Below the pieces are notes generated by a model that saw only the letters and a program-made list of their open reading frames with translations, did no database searches and had not been told where the DNA came from. From a virus: 64,000 nt of DNA. Numbering within the stretch: position 1 is the stretch's first letter; every line of letters begins with the position of its first letter. The DNA is taken from IMG/VR virus record IMGVR_UViG_3300042894_002308, positions 1-64,000 of that record. One strand, given 5' to 3'. The position numbers and the translations under genes were made by a program. Positions 35,068-44,314 of this stretch are shown one piece after another.

Positions 35068-36486
35068 TTATCGCATAACTTGTCGTCGTGCATATTTACC
35101 AACCAATTCTAAACCTAAGCCAAGATCAATTTCTTGTTTTCTACCTTGTTCTTCATAAGGTTTACTTTTAACATCCGAAGATCCAAACATAAAGAATGGT
35201 AAGGATTCTTTTGGTGTGGGTTCCTTTGGTAGAGGTGTCTTTGGGGGAGTTGGTGTTTTTGATGGTGGTGGTGGTGGAGCAGGGGGAACTGGACCTGGTG
35301 GTGGAGGTACCGGTGGTGTTGGAATTGGTAAAGGAATTGGTCGGGGAACTGGCACCGGTGCTGGAACAGGTGCTGGAGTTGGAGTCGGAGTAGGCGTTGG
35401 AGTCGGTGTTGGAGTCGGAGTCGGAGTCGGGGTAGGTGTTGGAGTAGGCGTTGGAGTAGGCGTTGGAGTCGGAGTTGGTGTTGGCGTTGGAGTCGGAGTT
35501 GGTGTTGGAGTCGGGGTAGGTGTTGGAGTAGGCGCGGGTGCTGGAGCAGGAGTTGATGCTGGTGTGGAGGCTGGAGCAGGAGTTGATGCTGGAGCTCGTT
35601 TAGTAGCTCGTTTAGGAGTTGAAGAAGGTGTTGGCTCTGGAGCACGAATTAGTTCAGGTGGAGGCTCTACCTTCACAACAGCTGGTTTTAATGAATCTAA
35701 ACTTGATTGATAATCCGCCCACTCTTCTGGTGTGAATACTCCTTCAGGTTTTTCTCCTTTAAAGTAAGAAGATGGTGTTGAATATGGTTTTCCACTAGAA
35801 CTATTTCTAACAATATCTTCGGCATTTTTAATAATTTGTTCTGCAGCATCATCAACTTTTTCCAAAGCTTGTTGTAGCTCTGGTTCTAATGAAACATTTT
35901 TTAACGCTGGATGTTCTTTTATTGTAGAACGAATAAGCTCTCTTAAATCTGATCCACTCGCAACACCTTCTTTAGAATAATCAAATGCTAATTTTTGAAC
36001 ATAATCTAAAAGTTGTTCTGCATATGCTTTTGCAGATTCTCCAGTAAATTTTGGAACCCAATCAGTTGGCGGTAAACCAATTTCATTTGGAAAGAATTTT
36101 GGTTTTGGAGCAGCAATTAATTCTGGTGTTACACCAAGTTTTGGTAATGTTTTTGCTGGCTCTGTTGATAATCCTATTTTTATTGCTTCGCCTGCTGTTT
36201 TTGCTTCTTTAGCAACTGCAGCCTCTTTAGCTAATTTTTCTGCTTCTGTTGCTATTTTAATTATTTCTCGACCACTACCTTCATTTAATGAATAATATTT
36301 TCTTTTTGGATATGATTCTTCACCCAACATAACACTATGTGTTTGTTTAATAACATTCTTTAAAATATTCTTACTTAATTCTTTTGAAATTCTAGATTCA
36401 AAATAACCGCTTTCTAATAACAATGCAATATATGCATTGGTTTGATAACGATATTCTAAAATTGAATGAAGAAAAGAACTTTTCAT
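35068..36486 (-). CDS. Late protein with shared leader and long (PT)n/Pro-rich region
   Basis: Leader [21 protein letters not shown] shared with neighbour; ATAAATA 5 nt before ATG. Confidence 0.8.
   Translation of the reverse strand: MKSSFLHSILEYRYQTNAYIALLLESGYFESRISKELSKNILKNVIKQTHSVMLGEESYPKRKYYSLNEGSGREIIKIATEAEKLAKEAAVAKEAKTAGEAIKIGLSTEPAKTLPKLGVTPELIAAPKPKFFPNEIGLPPTDWVPKFTGESAKAYAEQLLDYVQKLAFDYSKEGVASGSDLRELIRSTIKEHPALKNVSLEPELQQALEKVDDAAEQIIKNAEDIVRNSSSGKPYSTPSSYFKGEKPEGVFTPEEWADYQSSLDSLKPAVVKVEPPPELIRAPEPTPSSTPKRATKRAPASTPAPASTPASTPAPAPAPTPTPTPTPTPTPTPTPTPTPTPTPTPTPTPTPTPTPTPTPTPTPTPTPTPTPAPVPAPVPVPRPIPLPIPTPPVPPPPGPVPPAPPPPPSKTPTPPKTPLPKEPTPKESLPFFMFGSSDVKSKPYEEQGRKQEIDLGLGLELVGKYARRQVMR
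35375..35535 (-). repeat. Tandem hexamer repeat encoding (Pro-Thr)n
   Basis: Degenerate GGAGTC/GGAGTA/GGTGTT/GGCGTT units with synonymous variation. Confidence 0.9.
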
Positions 36487-36494
36487 ATTATTAT

Positions 36495-37982
36495 TTATGA
36501 GGCTGGTGGAACTGGAGGAGTCTTTAACAACTCATCTGCTCGTTGAAGAATTGTTTTTAAGTCTTCTCTATCTCTTGGTCGATTGCTTTTAGTCCAGTTT
36601 CTAGAAAACGCCGTTTGTTCTTCAGGAGTCATTTGTGAATAATCTTTTGCACGAGCAGATAATGAATCATCGTAAGTTTTATTTTTTGCAGCAGTTTCTG
36701 CATCTCGTTCTGCTGCACGGCGCGACATATATGCTTCAGTATCAGCAACTTTTTTGTTTTGTGCTTCTTTTGTTATTCTATCTAACTCAGCTTGTTTGGC
36801 TATTTCGGCTGCTTCTTTTTCTGCTTGGATTTTTGGTGCATTATAAGATTGCAAATCCATCATAAGTTTTTGACGTGCTGTTAATTCTTCTGGAGAGAAA
36901 AGCGTACTTTCTGCTTTTCTTCTGGCTAATTCATAATTTAAATCTGAAACCTTTTGTTTGACTTCATCATAATATGGTGAAAGTTCTTCAACTGTTTTTG
37001 AACCTTCTGAAGCTCTAGATGCAGCAGCTTTTTCAGCAGCAGATATTGTGCTTGATATTTCGGCTTCAGGCATTCCTATAGAGCCTGTCCAATCTATATT
37101 TGGTTGGGCTTCTTGTGCTCTTTTTCCTGTTTCGATGTCAAGTTTAAGACGTTTTCCTTCTTGTTTTAAAAATCCTTTAAGATCAAAAATATCTTCAGGA
37201 GCCATTCCGGTTTCTTTTGTAAGTTCCCCAGCAGTAGTCAAATCTTTAGTTGCTCCAGAGTAATCACGTAACATACTCGGATCAAAAGATCTTCCGGATT
37301 TTTGAGCATCCGCAGCTTGTTCGGCTGCTTTTATTATTTCTGGAGCCGCATTATTTACTCTTGTTAATTGTCCATATACAATTGGATCCGCTTTATCGAT
37401 TCCTTGAAATACAGGAAGATTTTGTATATTTTGTCGTACTAACTCAGCTAATTCATCTCCACGCTTTCCTTCTTGTGCTAGTTTTAATGCTTCATATTGA
37501 ACCCGATTCATTAAAACATTTGCACCAGCAGCTACATGTTTTGGAACTTCAGTAACTGCAGTTATACCATCTCCCACTGTTGGAAGATCAATGAATGATC
37601 TAATTGGTTGCTTTACAACAGCAGTAGATACAGCTTTCGCTGCTTCTCCCGCTTCTGCACCTAATTTTCCTACTTTGGTTGCTGCTTCAAGTTCTCTTGC
37701 AGTTCTAGCGGCTTCCATGGCTTTCATGGCTGCATCTACACCACGAGCAACTTTTCCGACTCCAGCTTGTTCATTTAGCTGATATTTCTTTACTAAAGAT
37801 TTGGGGTACGGTAATACACCCTCTGCAATTAAATTGGTGCTTTGTATTACTTGCTTAAGAATATCAGCACTGCAACTATTTGAAATTTCAGGGCTAAAAT
37901 AATTATTTTCATTTAACAAAGCAATGTATGCATTTGTCTTATAACGATAATTTAAAATGTGTTCTGTTATTGTATTATTCAT
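36495..37982 (-). CDS. Ala-rich late protein, paralog of the downstream gene
   Basis: Leader [25 protein letters not shown]. Confidence 0.8.
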   Translation of the reverse strand: MNNTITEHILNYRYKTNAYIALLNENNYFSPEISNSCSADILKQVIQSTNLIAEGVLPYPKSLVKKYQLNEQAGVGKVARGVDAAMKAMEAARTARELEAATKVGKLGAEAGEAAKAVSTAVVKQPIRSFIDLPTVGDGITAVTEVPKHVAAGANVLMNRVQYEALKLAQEGKRGDELAELVRQNIQNLPVFQGIDKADPIVYGQLTRVNNAAPEIIKAAEQAADAQKSGRSFDPSMLRDYSGATKDLTTAGELTKETGMAPEDIFDLKGFLKQEGKRLKLDIETGKRAQEAQPNIDWTGSIGMPEAEISSTISAAEKAAASRASEGSKTVEELSPYYDEVKQKVSDLNYELARRKAESTLFSPEELTARQKLMMDLQSYNAPKIQAEKEAAEIAKQAELDRITKEAQNKKVADTEAYMSRRAAERDAETAAKNKTYDDSLSARAKDYSQMTPEEQTAFSRNWTKSNRPRDREDLKTILQRADELLKTPPVPPAS

Positions 37983-38002
37983 GATATTCTACAAAGTATT
38001 TA

Positions 38003-40798
38003 TTATAATTTTGGAGCTCTTACAAATCCAGAGGATGGTTTATTTACCTTATCCCATGTAGTAGACTGCATTGGAGATGGAATCTCTGTAGCTAAATTTC
38101 TGTTTCTTTCTCTTTCTTTACGTGTGTGATATTCCAATTCAGCACTAGACGGGTATCTAGTTGGCTCTGGAGCATATTCTTGTTGAGTTGGCATACCTCT
38201 ACGCATACGATATTCTTTAGCTCTATCAGTTTCACTATCACCCACAACATAATTTACAATATCTTCCCCAGTTTCTGCATATGTTTTTGGTCTAGTTTTT
38301 CCCGTAACTTTGTCAGCAACTTCAAGACCTAACATTTGTGGAGTTTCAAAATCACGCAAAGCTTCTCCAGCTTTAAATCCACCATAAGCTACAACTGGAA
38401 CAAGAGCACCACCTATTGCACCAGATACTAATTGAGTTCCTAAACCTGATACTAAAGGAGCACCTCTCAAAGCATTCATATATACCTGTCCAGCACCAGA
38501 CATTGCTGACCAATCTGCAACACTTTGTATTTCTTTGCTTAAATTTGGTAATTCATTCATTTCAGTAGCTGGATCCATACCAATATAATCAGTACCTAGT
38601 TCTGCACCTCTACGAGCTAATTCACCAGCAACTAAAGGGACAACTAAGGCACCGCCTACTTGTAAAGCAGTTTTTCCAACAGTTGTTGCTGCTGGAATTG
38701 GATTTTTTACAGCATATTCAACAGCAGAAACACCTTTTTTTGCCATGTTTACTGCAGATTTTGCAGAATCTACAGGATTCATTACTGTATTGGCTACACC
38801 TTTGCCTATACTAGTAAATGTAGGAACTGGATTTGGATTACCAATTAAGTCTGTACGAAGTTCTTTTCCACTAAAAAAAGGAGGAGGAATTACAACTGCT
38901 TCGCCTACCATAGCCACTCTTGTGGTTTCTTTACGTTTTCTTTTACTTCTTCTAGATGTCTTTTTGCTATCTGATGTACCAAGATTTTTTAATATATCAT
39001 TAATTTTATCTTGTGTTGATTGTTGATCAGCAGCATCTTGGAAAGGTTTAATAATATCTTTTACATAATCTCCAGCAGGTTTTGATGTTGTTTCTTTTTT
39101 ATCAGGAAAATCAGAGAGATCCATTGGTTCATTCATTCCACCAGTGGATTCACTATCATCTTTTATATTATAATCTTCAGCATCTAGTTCAGTTTTTATA
39201 TCTGGATTAAACGGACTTGGAATTGTATATGAGTATGCTGGTGGTTCTGAAGGAGTTTTTGCTTGTGTATCCATCATCGGAGCAGATATATCACCATACA
39301 ACTTATCTTGTATAACATTTGGATTAGTTTGTGCTGTATTTAACTTCATTATTCTTTGTAATTCAGCTGCAACATTTTTTCCAGAAGCTCCAACAGATGT
39401 AACCAGATTATTAATAATATTGGATACTCCAACACCAGGAGGTTGTCTATAAGTAGAATCTACTTGACCTTCAGGATAAATTGGAGACTCTCCACGGTTA
39501 ACATCAGGATTTACTCCAGTTTCAGGATAGCGAACACCTGGAGAATTCAGTGATTGTTTTTTCATCCAATCAGATCCGCTTCTCATCATATCTTGAAGTG
39601 TATTTGTTGCAGTATCAGTAACAGAACGTTGAGCGTCTGATATACCTGTTCCAGGTTTGGATCGGTCTACATAAGGACTATATCTAATAGGATCAGCAGC
39701 TGTTCCACTTCCATACAAATTTTCATCATTATTATCTCTAAGTTGAACATCAAAATTTCCACCACCATCTCCTCGTATAGGTTCTTTAATTGTTCTAGAA
39801 CCATCTTTGTTTAGAGTATCACTAATTTGATCTATGTAGCCTTGTCTTTTTTCTTTTGTATCTGTAGCATTTTTCAAGGCAGCAGCTTTTTGTTCAGCAC
39901 CAACAATTCTTCTAGCTTCTGCTCTAATTTCTGCATCTCGTTTAGCTGCTTCCGCATCAATACGTTTTAATGCTGCAGCATCATCGGCATCCCATTGAGC
40001 TTTGCCTCGTGATTGTGATGTTGTATTGGCTATGGTACCATCTACAGTATCATACCTAGCCTGTGGAGTTCCAAATTGTGGAATATTGGCTGGTCTACGA
40101 CGCATGGTATGGTATGCAAGACTATCGTATGCAGGCCCCTGTCCTACACCAGCGGTTGGAGCAACATTTGATTCACCTGAAGAATTTAAATCAAAAAATA
40201 ATTGTCTGTGTTTTGCATTTCTTGCATCATAATCTTCACCAGTTGCCTTTTTAAAATCATCCTGAGTAACCCAGTACATTGGACTAATTCTTTTATTTGC
40301 ATTTACAGTAGTTAATGCTCTTTCTTGTCCTGCTGCTTTATCTTGTAGTTGTTGTTGATATGCATCTGGGTTTTCTCTACGAAATTTATCAAGTTTTTTT
40401 CTATCATCTATATCTTGTTTATCTCTAACTTTTATTCCCTGTGCTATATTTTCTTCTTTGGTGTGTTCTCTCCAATTCCAATCACCTGCTTTTTCATTTA
40501 AATTTTTTGGAGTATTAGCAAAAGCATTTCCATAGACATTACTACCATGTGCTGCACTATGTGAAGCCCCTAAATTCTTAGATTGTTCCATTGCACCAAT
40601 AGCATTATTAATAGTATTTGGAGAACTAATAGATGGATTAAACGAAGATGGTCTATACAACTCATTCTTGTTTAATACATTTTTTATGTTTTCAACCAAT
40701 GAAGGAGAATTTTTCTTTTCCTGTGGAACAGGATTTGGAGAATTCCCCATAAATTGCTTGACTTCCCAATAAAATTGTCTATCTTGTTTATTATCCAT
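38003..40798 (-). CDS. 931-aa late protein, probable ejected/internal protein with C-terminal Gly/Ala-rich hydrophobic helices
   Basis: CTAAATA upstream; LVE and LNE sites; GGALVVPLVAG and GAIGGALVPVVAYGG segments. Confidence 0.75.
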   Translation of the reverse strand: MDNKQDRQFYWEVKQFMGNSPNPVPQEKKNSPSLVENIKNVLNKNELYRPSSFNPSISSPNTINNAIGAMEQSKNLGASHSAAHGSNVYGNAFANTPKNLNEKAGDWNWREHTKEENIAQGIKVRDKQDIDDRKKLDKFRRENPDAYQQQLQDKAAGQERALTTVNANKRISPMYWVTQDDFKKATGEDYDARNAKHRQLFFDLNSSGESNVAPTAGVGQGPAYDSLAYHTMRRRPANIPQFGTPQARYDTVDGTIANTTSQSRGKAQWDADDAAALKRIDAEAAKRDAEIRAEARRIVGAEQKAAALKNATDTKEKRQGYIDQISDTLNKDGSRTIKEPIRGDGGGNFDVQLRDNNDENLYGSGTAADPIRYSPYVDRSKPGTGISDAQRSVTDTATNTLQDMMRSGSDWMKKQSLNSPGVRYPETGVNPDVNRGESPIYPEGQVDSTYRQPPGVGVSNIINNLVTSVGASGKNVAAELQRIMKLNTAQTNPNVIQDKLYGDISAPMMDTQAKTPSEPPAYSYTIPSPFNPDIKTELDAEDYNIKDDSESTGGMNEPMDLSDFPDKKETTSKPAGDYVKDIIKPFQDAADQQSTQDKINDILKNLGTSDSKKTSRRSKRKRKETTRVAMVGEAVVIPPPFFSGKELRTDLIGNPNPVPTFTSIGKGVANTVMNPVDSAKSAVNMAKKGVSAVEYAVKNPIPAATTVGKTALQVGGALVVPLVAGELARRGAELGTDYIGMDPATEMNELPNLSKEIQSVADWSAMSGAGQVYMNALRGAPLVSGLGTQLVSGAIGGALVPVVAYGGFKAGEALRDFETPQMLGLEVADKVTGKTRPKTYAETGEDIVNYVVGDSETDRAKEYRMRRGMPTQQEYAPEPTRYPSSAELEYHTRKERERNRNLATEIPSPMQSTTWDKVNKPSSGFVRAPKL

Positions 40799-40838
40799 GG
40801 TTATTAAATATTTAGATTTACATAAATACTTAAAGAAT

Positions 40839-41333
40839 ATGAAGAAACAAGTACTCTTGCTAAATCAAGACAATACTCCTCTTAATATTATTACTATTGG
40901 AAAAGCATACAAACTCATTGCCCGAGATAAAGTTTGGAGTGATGAAAGTAATGAATGTTTTGAAGTTGTCTCTATTTCCAAAATTATAAAGATTCCTAAA
41001 GTTTTAATTTTAAAATATTATGTAAAATTGCCTTATAGAAAGGCAGCTTCTTCTAGGCAAAATATTTTACGTAGAGATCAATTTTGTTGTCAATACTGTG
41101 GAGTTGCTTTAAATAACAAAGATGCAACAGTTGATCATATTATACCAAAATCAAAAGGTGGTGCATCATCTTGGGTAAATATGGTAGCAGCATGTAGATG
41201 CTGTAATTTGGCAAAAGGAAACAGAACCCTTAAAGAAGCCAAAATGGAATTAAAAATCAAACCAAAAGAACCTTCTTATGGATTCTTGTTTGAAGCCATG
41301 CTAATTACCTTTAGAAGGAAAAAAAATGCCTAA
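40839..41333 (+). CDS. HNH endonuclease
   Basis: VLLLN, RDQFCCQYCG, TVDHIIPKSKGG..W.NMVAAC..CN. Confidence 0.9.
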   Translation: MKKQVLLLNQDNTPLNIITIGKAYKLIARDKVWSDESNECFEVVSISKIIKIPKVLILKYYVKLPYRKAASSRQNILRRDQFCCQYCGVALNNKDATVDHIIPKSKGGASSWVNMVAACRCCNLAKGNRTLKEAKMELKIKPKEPSYGFLFEAMLITFRRKKNA

Positions 41334-41631
41334 TTATGCTTTTAAATGTGAAAATTGTGACCATACTTTTGATGAAATCTTAAATCTATCAGAGCGTAAT
41401 ACTCCTTTAGAGAAACCCTGCCCAAAGTGCAGTAAAAAGAAAATTATAAAGGATTGGCAAGCAAACACACCATCACTTGCAATGGATTCCACTCTGACAC
41501 CTTCAAAAGTAGTTGGAAGTCAATTTAAAGACGTAATTGACAAAATTAAGGGTAGCGGTCAAGTACCTAAGAGATTTCATGAAAAATTAGATAATAGTGC
41601 CAGAATGAATGCTGGACGTATTGTTCGCTAA
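41326..41631 (+). CDS. FmdB-like zinc-ribbon protein
   Basis: MPNYAFKCENCDHTF...CPKC. Confidence 0.8.
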   Translation: MPNYAFKCENCDHTFDEILNLSERNTPLEKPCPKCSKKKIIKDWQANTPSLAMDSTLTPSKVVGSQFKDVIDKIKGSGQVPKRFHEKLDNSARMNAGRIVR

Positions 41632-42176
41632 TTTTTAGACTGAATCATTGCCTTTAAAATATAATAACTGTCGATAACATCCGTAACAGGATTACTCAAA
41701 GTTTTCTGATTAAAGACCGATAAAAGATTGGTTTTTGTTTCTATTGAGAAGGCTTCGTACATTGCCTGTTTGTCAGCGTTACCTTTGCCCGTAGCGCATT
41801 TCTTGACTCGGGATGGCTCAATGATGGTCACGGGAATGGCGAGCTTGTAGAGCTTATGCTTCAAGATTCCCATATTCTCCGCTAGATTGAATACTCGACC
41901 TTTAGAACCGAATGAATATCCTTCTACGGCTATATCTCCAGCCCCAATACAAAGATTGGAAGCCCATTGAGATATAGTGTCAAATCTATCAACATCCAGA
42001 ATATATTCCTGAAAAGATTCCCCAGTAATATTTGGGGCAATTTTATCAGCATACTTTTTGGTATTTGTCAAATAATAAAAGAAACAATTTTCAAACTTAA
42101 ATTCTCTACGTTCATCATAAAGACAAAGGCAGGGGCAGGTTATAGAGTAATCAATGCCGATTAACATGTGGAACAT
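41628..42176 (-). CDS. RuvC/RNase H-fold nuclease (Holliday junction resolvase-like)
   Basis: IGIDYS, VEGYSF, LAENMGILK, KK.ATGKGNADK, DVIDSY. Confidence 0.8.
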   Translation of the reverse strand: MFHMLIGIDYSITCPCLCLYDERREFKFENCFFYYLTNTKKYADKIAPNITGESFQEYILDVDRFDTISQWASNLCIGAGDIAVEGYSFGSKGRVFNLAENMGILKHKLYKLAIPVTIIEPSRVKKCATGKGNADKQAMYEAFSIETKTNLLSVFNQKTLSNPVTDVIDSYYILKAMIQSKN

Positions 42177-42191
42177 ATGTACTTATACCTT

Positions 42192-42278
42192 GGTCAGAAG
42201 TGGTGGTTCCTTAGCAGTCTGATGAAGTATACTTCGATTATTTCAAAAGGATTGCGTGGAAGCCCAACCACTTCTGCC
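42192..42278 (-). ncRNA. Candidate structured RNA or 5' leader
   Basis: CAGAAGTGGT/ACCACTTCTG outer stem, TTCC/GGAA, GCAGTC/GATTGC, GAAG-TATA-CTTC; late motif CTAAATA 5 nt upstream on the minus strand. Confidence 0.5.
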
Positions 42279-42286
42279 TAAAATAT

Positions 42287-44185
42287 TTAGGCATATCGTC
42301 TATCTTGTTTCGATGAAGATTTTTCTACACCTCTATATATGGCTTTACCTTCTGGGGTTCCCATCATTTCAAGAGCTTTTACCGGTGCTAGATCTTCACC
42401 TGGTCCATTTTGTTGAAGAAGCTTATACATTCTATCTCTATCTTTTTCTATTTCTTCATCTGTTTGATCACTCATAGGATAACTACCTGTTGATTTTAAT
42501 AATCTACCTTTAATATCTCTCATAAATGCAGGCATTTCAGCTCTACTCCAAAAATAATTATTAGGAGTTTTAAATCTATTATCTGGTGAAGGAGTTGGAG
42601 TATCCATCTGATCTAATGCAGTTTTTACAGTCTCTTTTTGTTCTGGAGTCAATTCCCAACTATCTAAAATTCCTCTTTTTTCTAATTCTTCATAACCAGA
42701 TCCTAAAGCAATTCCACTTGTCGAAGGTTCAATACCATATTTAATAGTAGCAGGAGATTTATATTCTGGTTTTTTTTCTAAATTAGAACTAACTGCATTT
42801 TCAACTGCAGCAACTCCTCGTAATTGAGTTCCTATTGCATGTTGACCTTCATGATTCATAACCTGAATATATTGATCCCAATCTTTAATATTATCTTTAT
42901 TCATATCAATTGTAGTTTCAAAAGTATTTGGCGCATTACTCATTTGATTATCAATTAGTTTTTGAACAGATTGATCAACTGGTAATTGTGGTGTTTTCTT
43001 ATCTCGTTGAGCTTTATTAAAAGTAGAATATGGATCTAGAAGATGTTGAACATTCCATGTTAATTTAGCATCAACTAATTCAGGGTATTTTACGTTGTTT
43101 CTTCCTAAGAAAGCTTCGGGTGGATCAAAGTATCTGTAACCAGTTTTATCAAAATGAGTTATCTCTAATGGCTTATAAAGCATTGCTTCATCATGTTTTG
43201 GATCTCTTAAATCTGCATATTGTCTAGCTAATTTTGCTTGATCACTATAATCTAAATCATTTGGTCCAGAACGTTTCAAATATTCTTTTTGTTTTGCTAA
43301 AAAGTCATTTCTTTCTTTGGTTTTATCTTTTCCAAATTCTAAAGAAATCATATCAAATGGAGATAATTTTTGATTTTCTTTCTTTACGAACATAGTATTA
43401 GCATTATATAAAGTATTTGCAATTCCTGTTATTCTATCAAAATAATCTTGTGAGTCATGATAATTTTCAGGTGGATTTGGATTAACAACTGAAGGAGTTA
43501 CACCTAACCTTGCATTTCTTGCTTCTTTTTCTCCGGCTTCATTGTGTGCTTGCCATAATGGACTATTTAATTTTTTTCTTTCTCTATAATTTTTTGAAAA
43601 TGCATAATCAAAAGGATCATTACTACGTAAAAAATTTGTGAAATCATTAAATCTTTGAGATATCTGAGTTCCTTTATCTTTGACTTGTCTTAACAAATCA
43701 GTATGCAATGATCCAGCGTCAAGTGGATTATCTGGATTTAATATAGAACCCAACCATCCTTTTTGTCCTAAATCTGGAGGTTGATTCATAGTTCCTGTAC
43801 TGGAGAATGTCCTGGATGATTTCATATCCTCAGGTGAACGTGGCTCGTTCTCCTTATTACCTGGATCCATCACCGTACTTTCAATATATTTCCTAGTATT
43901 ATTAAATGCATCTTCAAAAGGAGTTTCATCAATTTCATCAGATAATCCAAATTTTTGATTATTTGCTAAAATTTTCTCATTTTTAAGTTTTAATGCTGTA
44001 TCATAAGCATCACGATCTGTTCGTGTATATTTTACAGGATTCAAAGCTGTACCAGAAAAATTTACTGGACTTATCATTGAACCATTTTGATTATCAGGAA
44101 AATCAGCAAGATCTAATGGTACATTCATACCACCATATTTGGTATCTTCTTGTTTTTCTATTAAGTATTGTTTAAATGACAGCAT
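42287..44185 (-). CDS. Putative virion-packaged HExxH metallopeptidase with capsid-targeting leader
   Basis: MLSFKQYLIE; VMNHEGQHAI and EMPA; TATAAATA 5 nt before ATG. Confidence 0.75.
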   Translation of the reverse strand: MLSFKQYLIEKQEDTKYGGMNVPLDLADFPDNQNGSMISPVNFSGTALNPVKYTRTDRDAYDTALKLKNEKILANNQKFGLSDEIDETPFEDAFNNTRKYIESTVMDPGNKENEPRSPEDMKSSRTFSSTGTMNQPPDLGQKGWLGSILNPDNPLDAGSLHTDLLRQVKDKGTQISQRFNDFTNFLRSNDPFDYAFSKNYRERKKLNSPLWQAHNEAGEKEARNARLGVTPSVVNPNPPENYHDSQDYFDRITGIANTLYNANTMFVKKENQKLSPFDMISLEFGKDKTKERNDFLAKQKEYLKRSGPNDLDYSDQAKLARQYADLRDPKHDEAMLYKPLEITHFDKTGYRYFDPPEAFLGRNNVKYPELVDAKLTWNVQHLLDPYSTFNKAQRDKKTPQLPVDQSVQKLIDNQMSNAPNTFETTIDMNKDNIKDWDQYIQVMNHEGQHAIGTQLRGVAAVENAVSSNLEKKPEYKSPATIKYGIEPSTSGIALGSGYEELEKRGILDSWELTPEQKETVKTALDQMDTPTPSPDNRFKTPNNYFWSRAEMPAFMRDIKGRLLKSTGSYPMSDQTDEEIEKDRDRMYKLLQQNGPGEDLAPVKALEMMGTPEGKAIYRGVEKSSSKQDRRYA

Positions 44186-44197
44186 ACCAATATTTAT

Positions 44198-44225
44198 AAA
44201 CCCCCAGGATTTCTCCTAGGGGTTT
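44198..44225 (-). terminator. Terminator-like hairpin after tRNA-Asn
   Basis: AAACCCC-CAGGA..TCCT-AGGGGTTT. Confidence 0.55.
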
Positions 44226-44234
44226 ATTTGTATG

Positions 44235-44307
44235 CTCCTCCGACTGGATTTGAACCAGTGACCCGAGAGTTAACAGCTCTCTGCTCTACCAACTGAGCTA
44301 CAGAGGA
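44235..44307 (-). tRNA. tRNA-Asn(GUU)
   Basis: TCCTCTG TAGCTCAGTTGGTAGAGC A GAGAG-CTGTTAA-CTCTC ... TTCAAAT ... CGGAGGA G. Confidence 0.95.
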
Positions 44308-44314
44308 AAGTAAA

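Noticed and set aside
35115-35710. Alternative-frame ORFs (poly-GV on plus, LQRL-rich on minus)
   Set aside because: Shadows of the (PT)n repeat in the real minus-strand gene.
42215-42260. Hammerhead ribozyme suggested by CTGATGA
   Set aside because: No GAAA core after the following stem and no stem III/UH arrangement.
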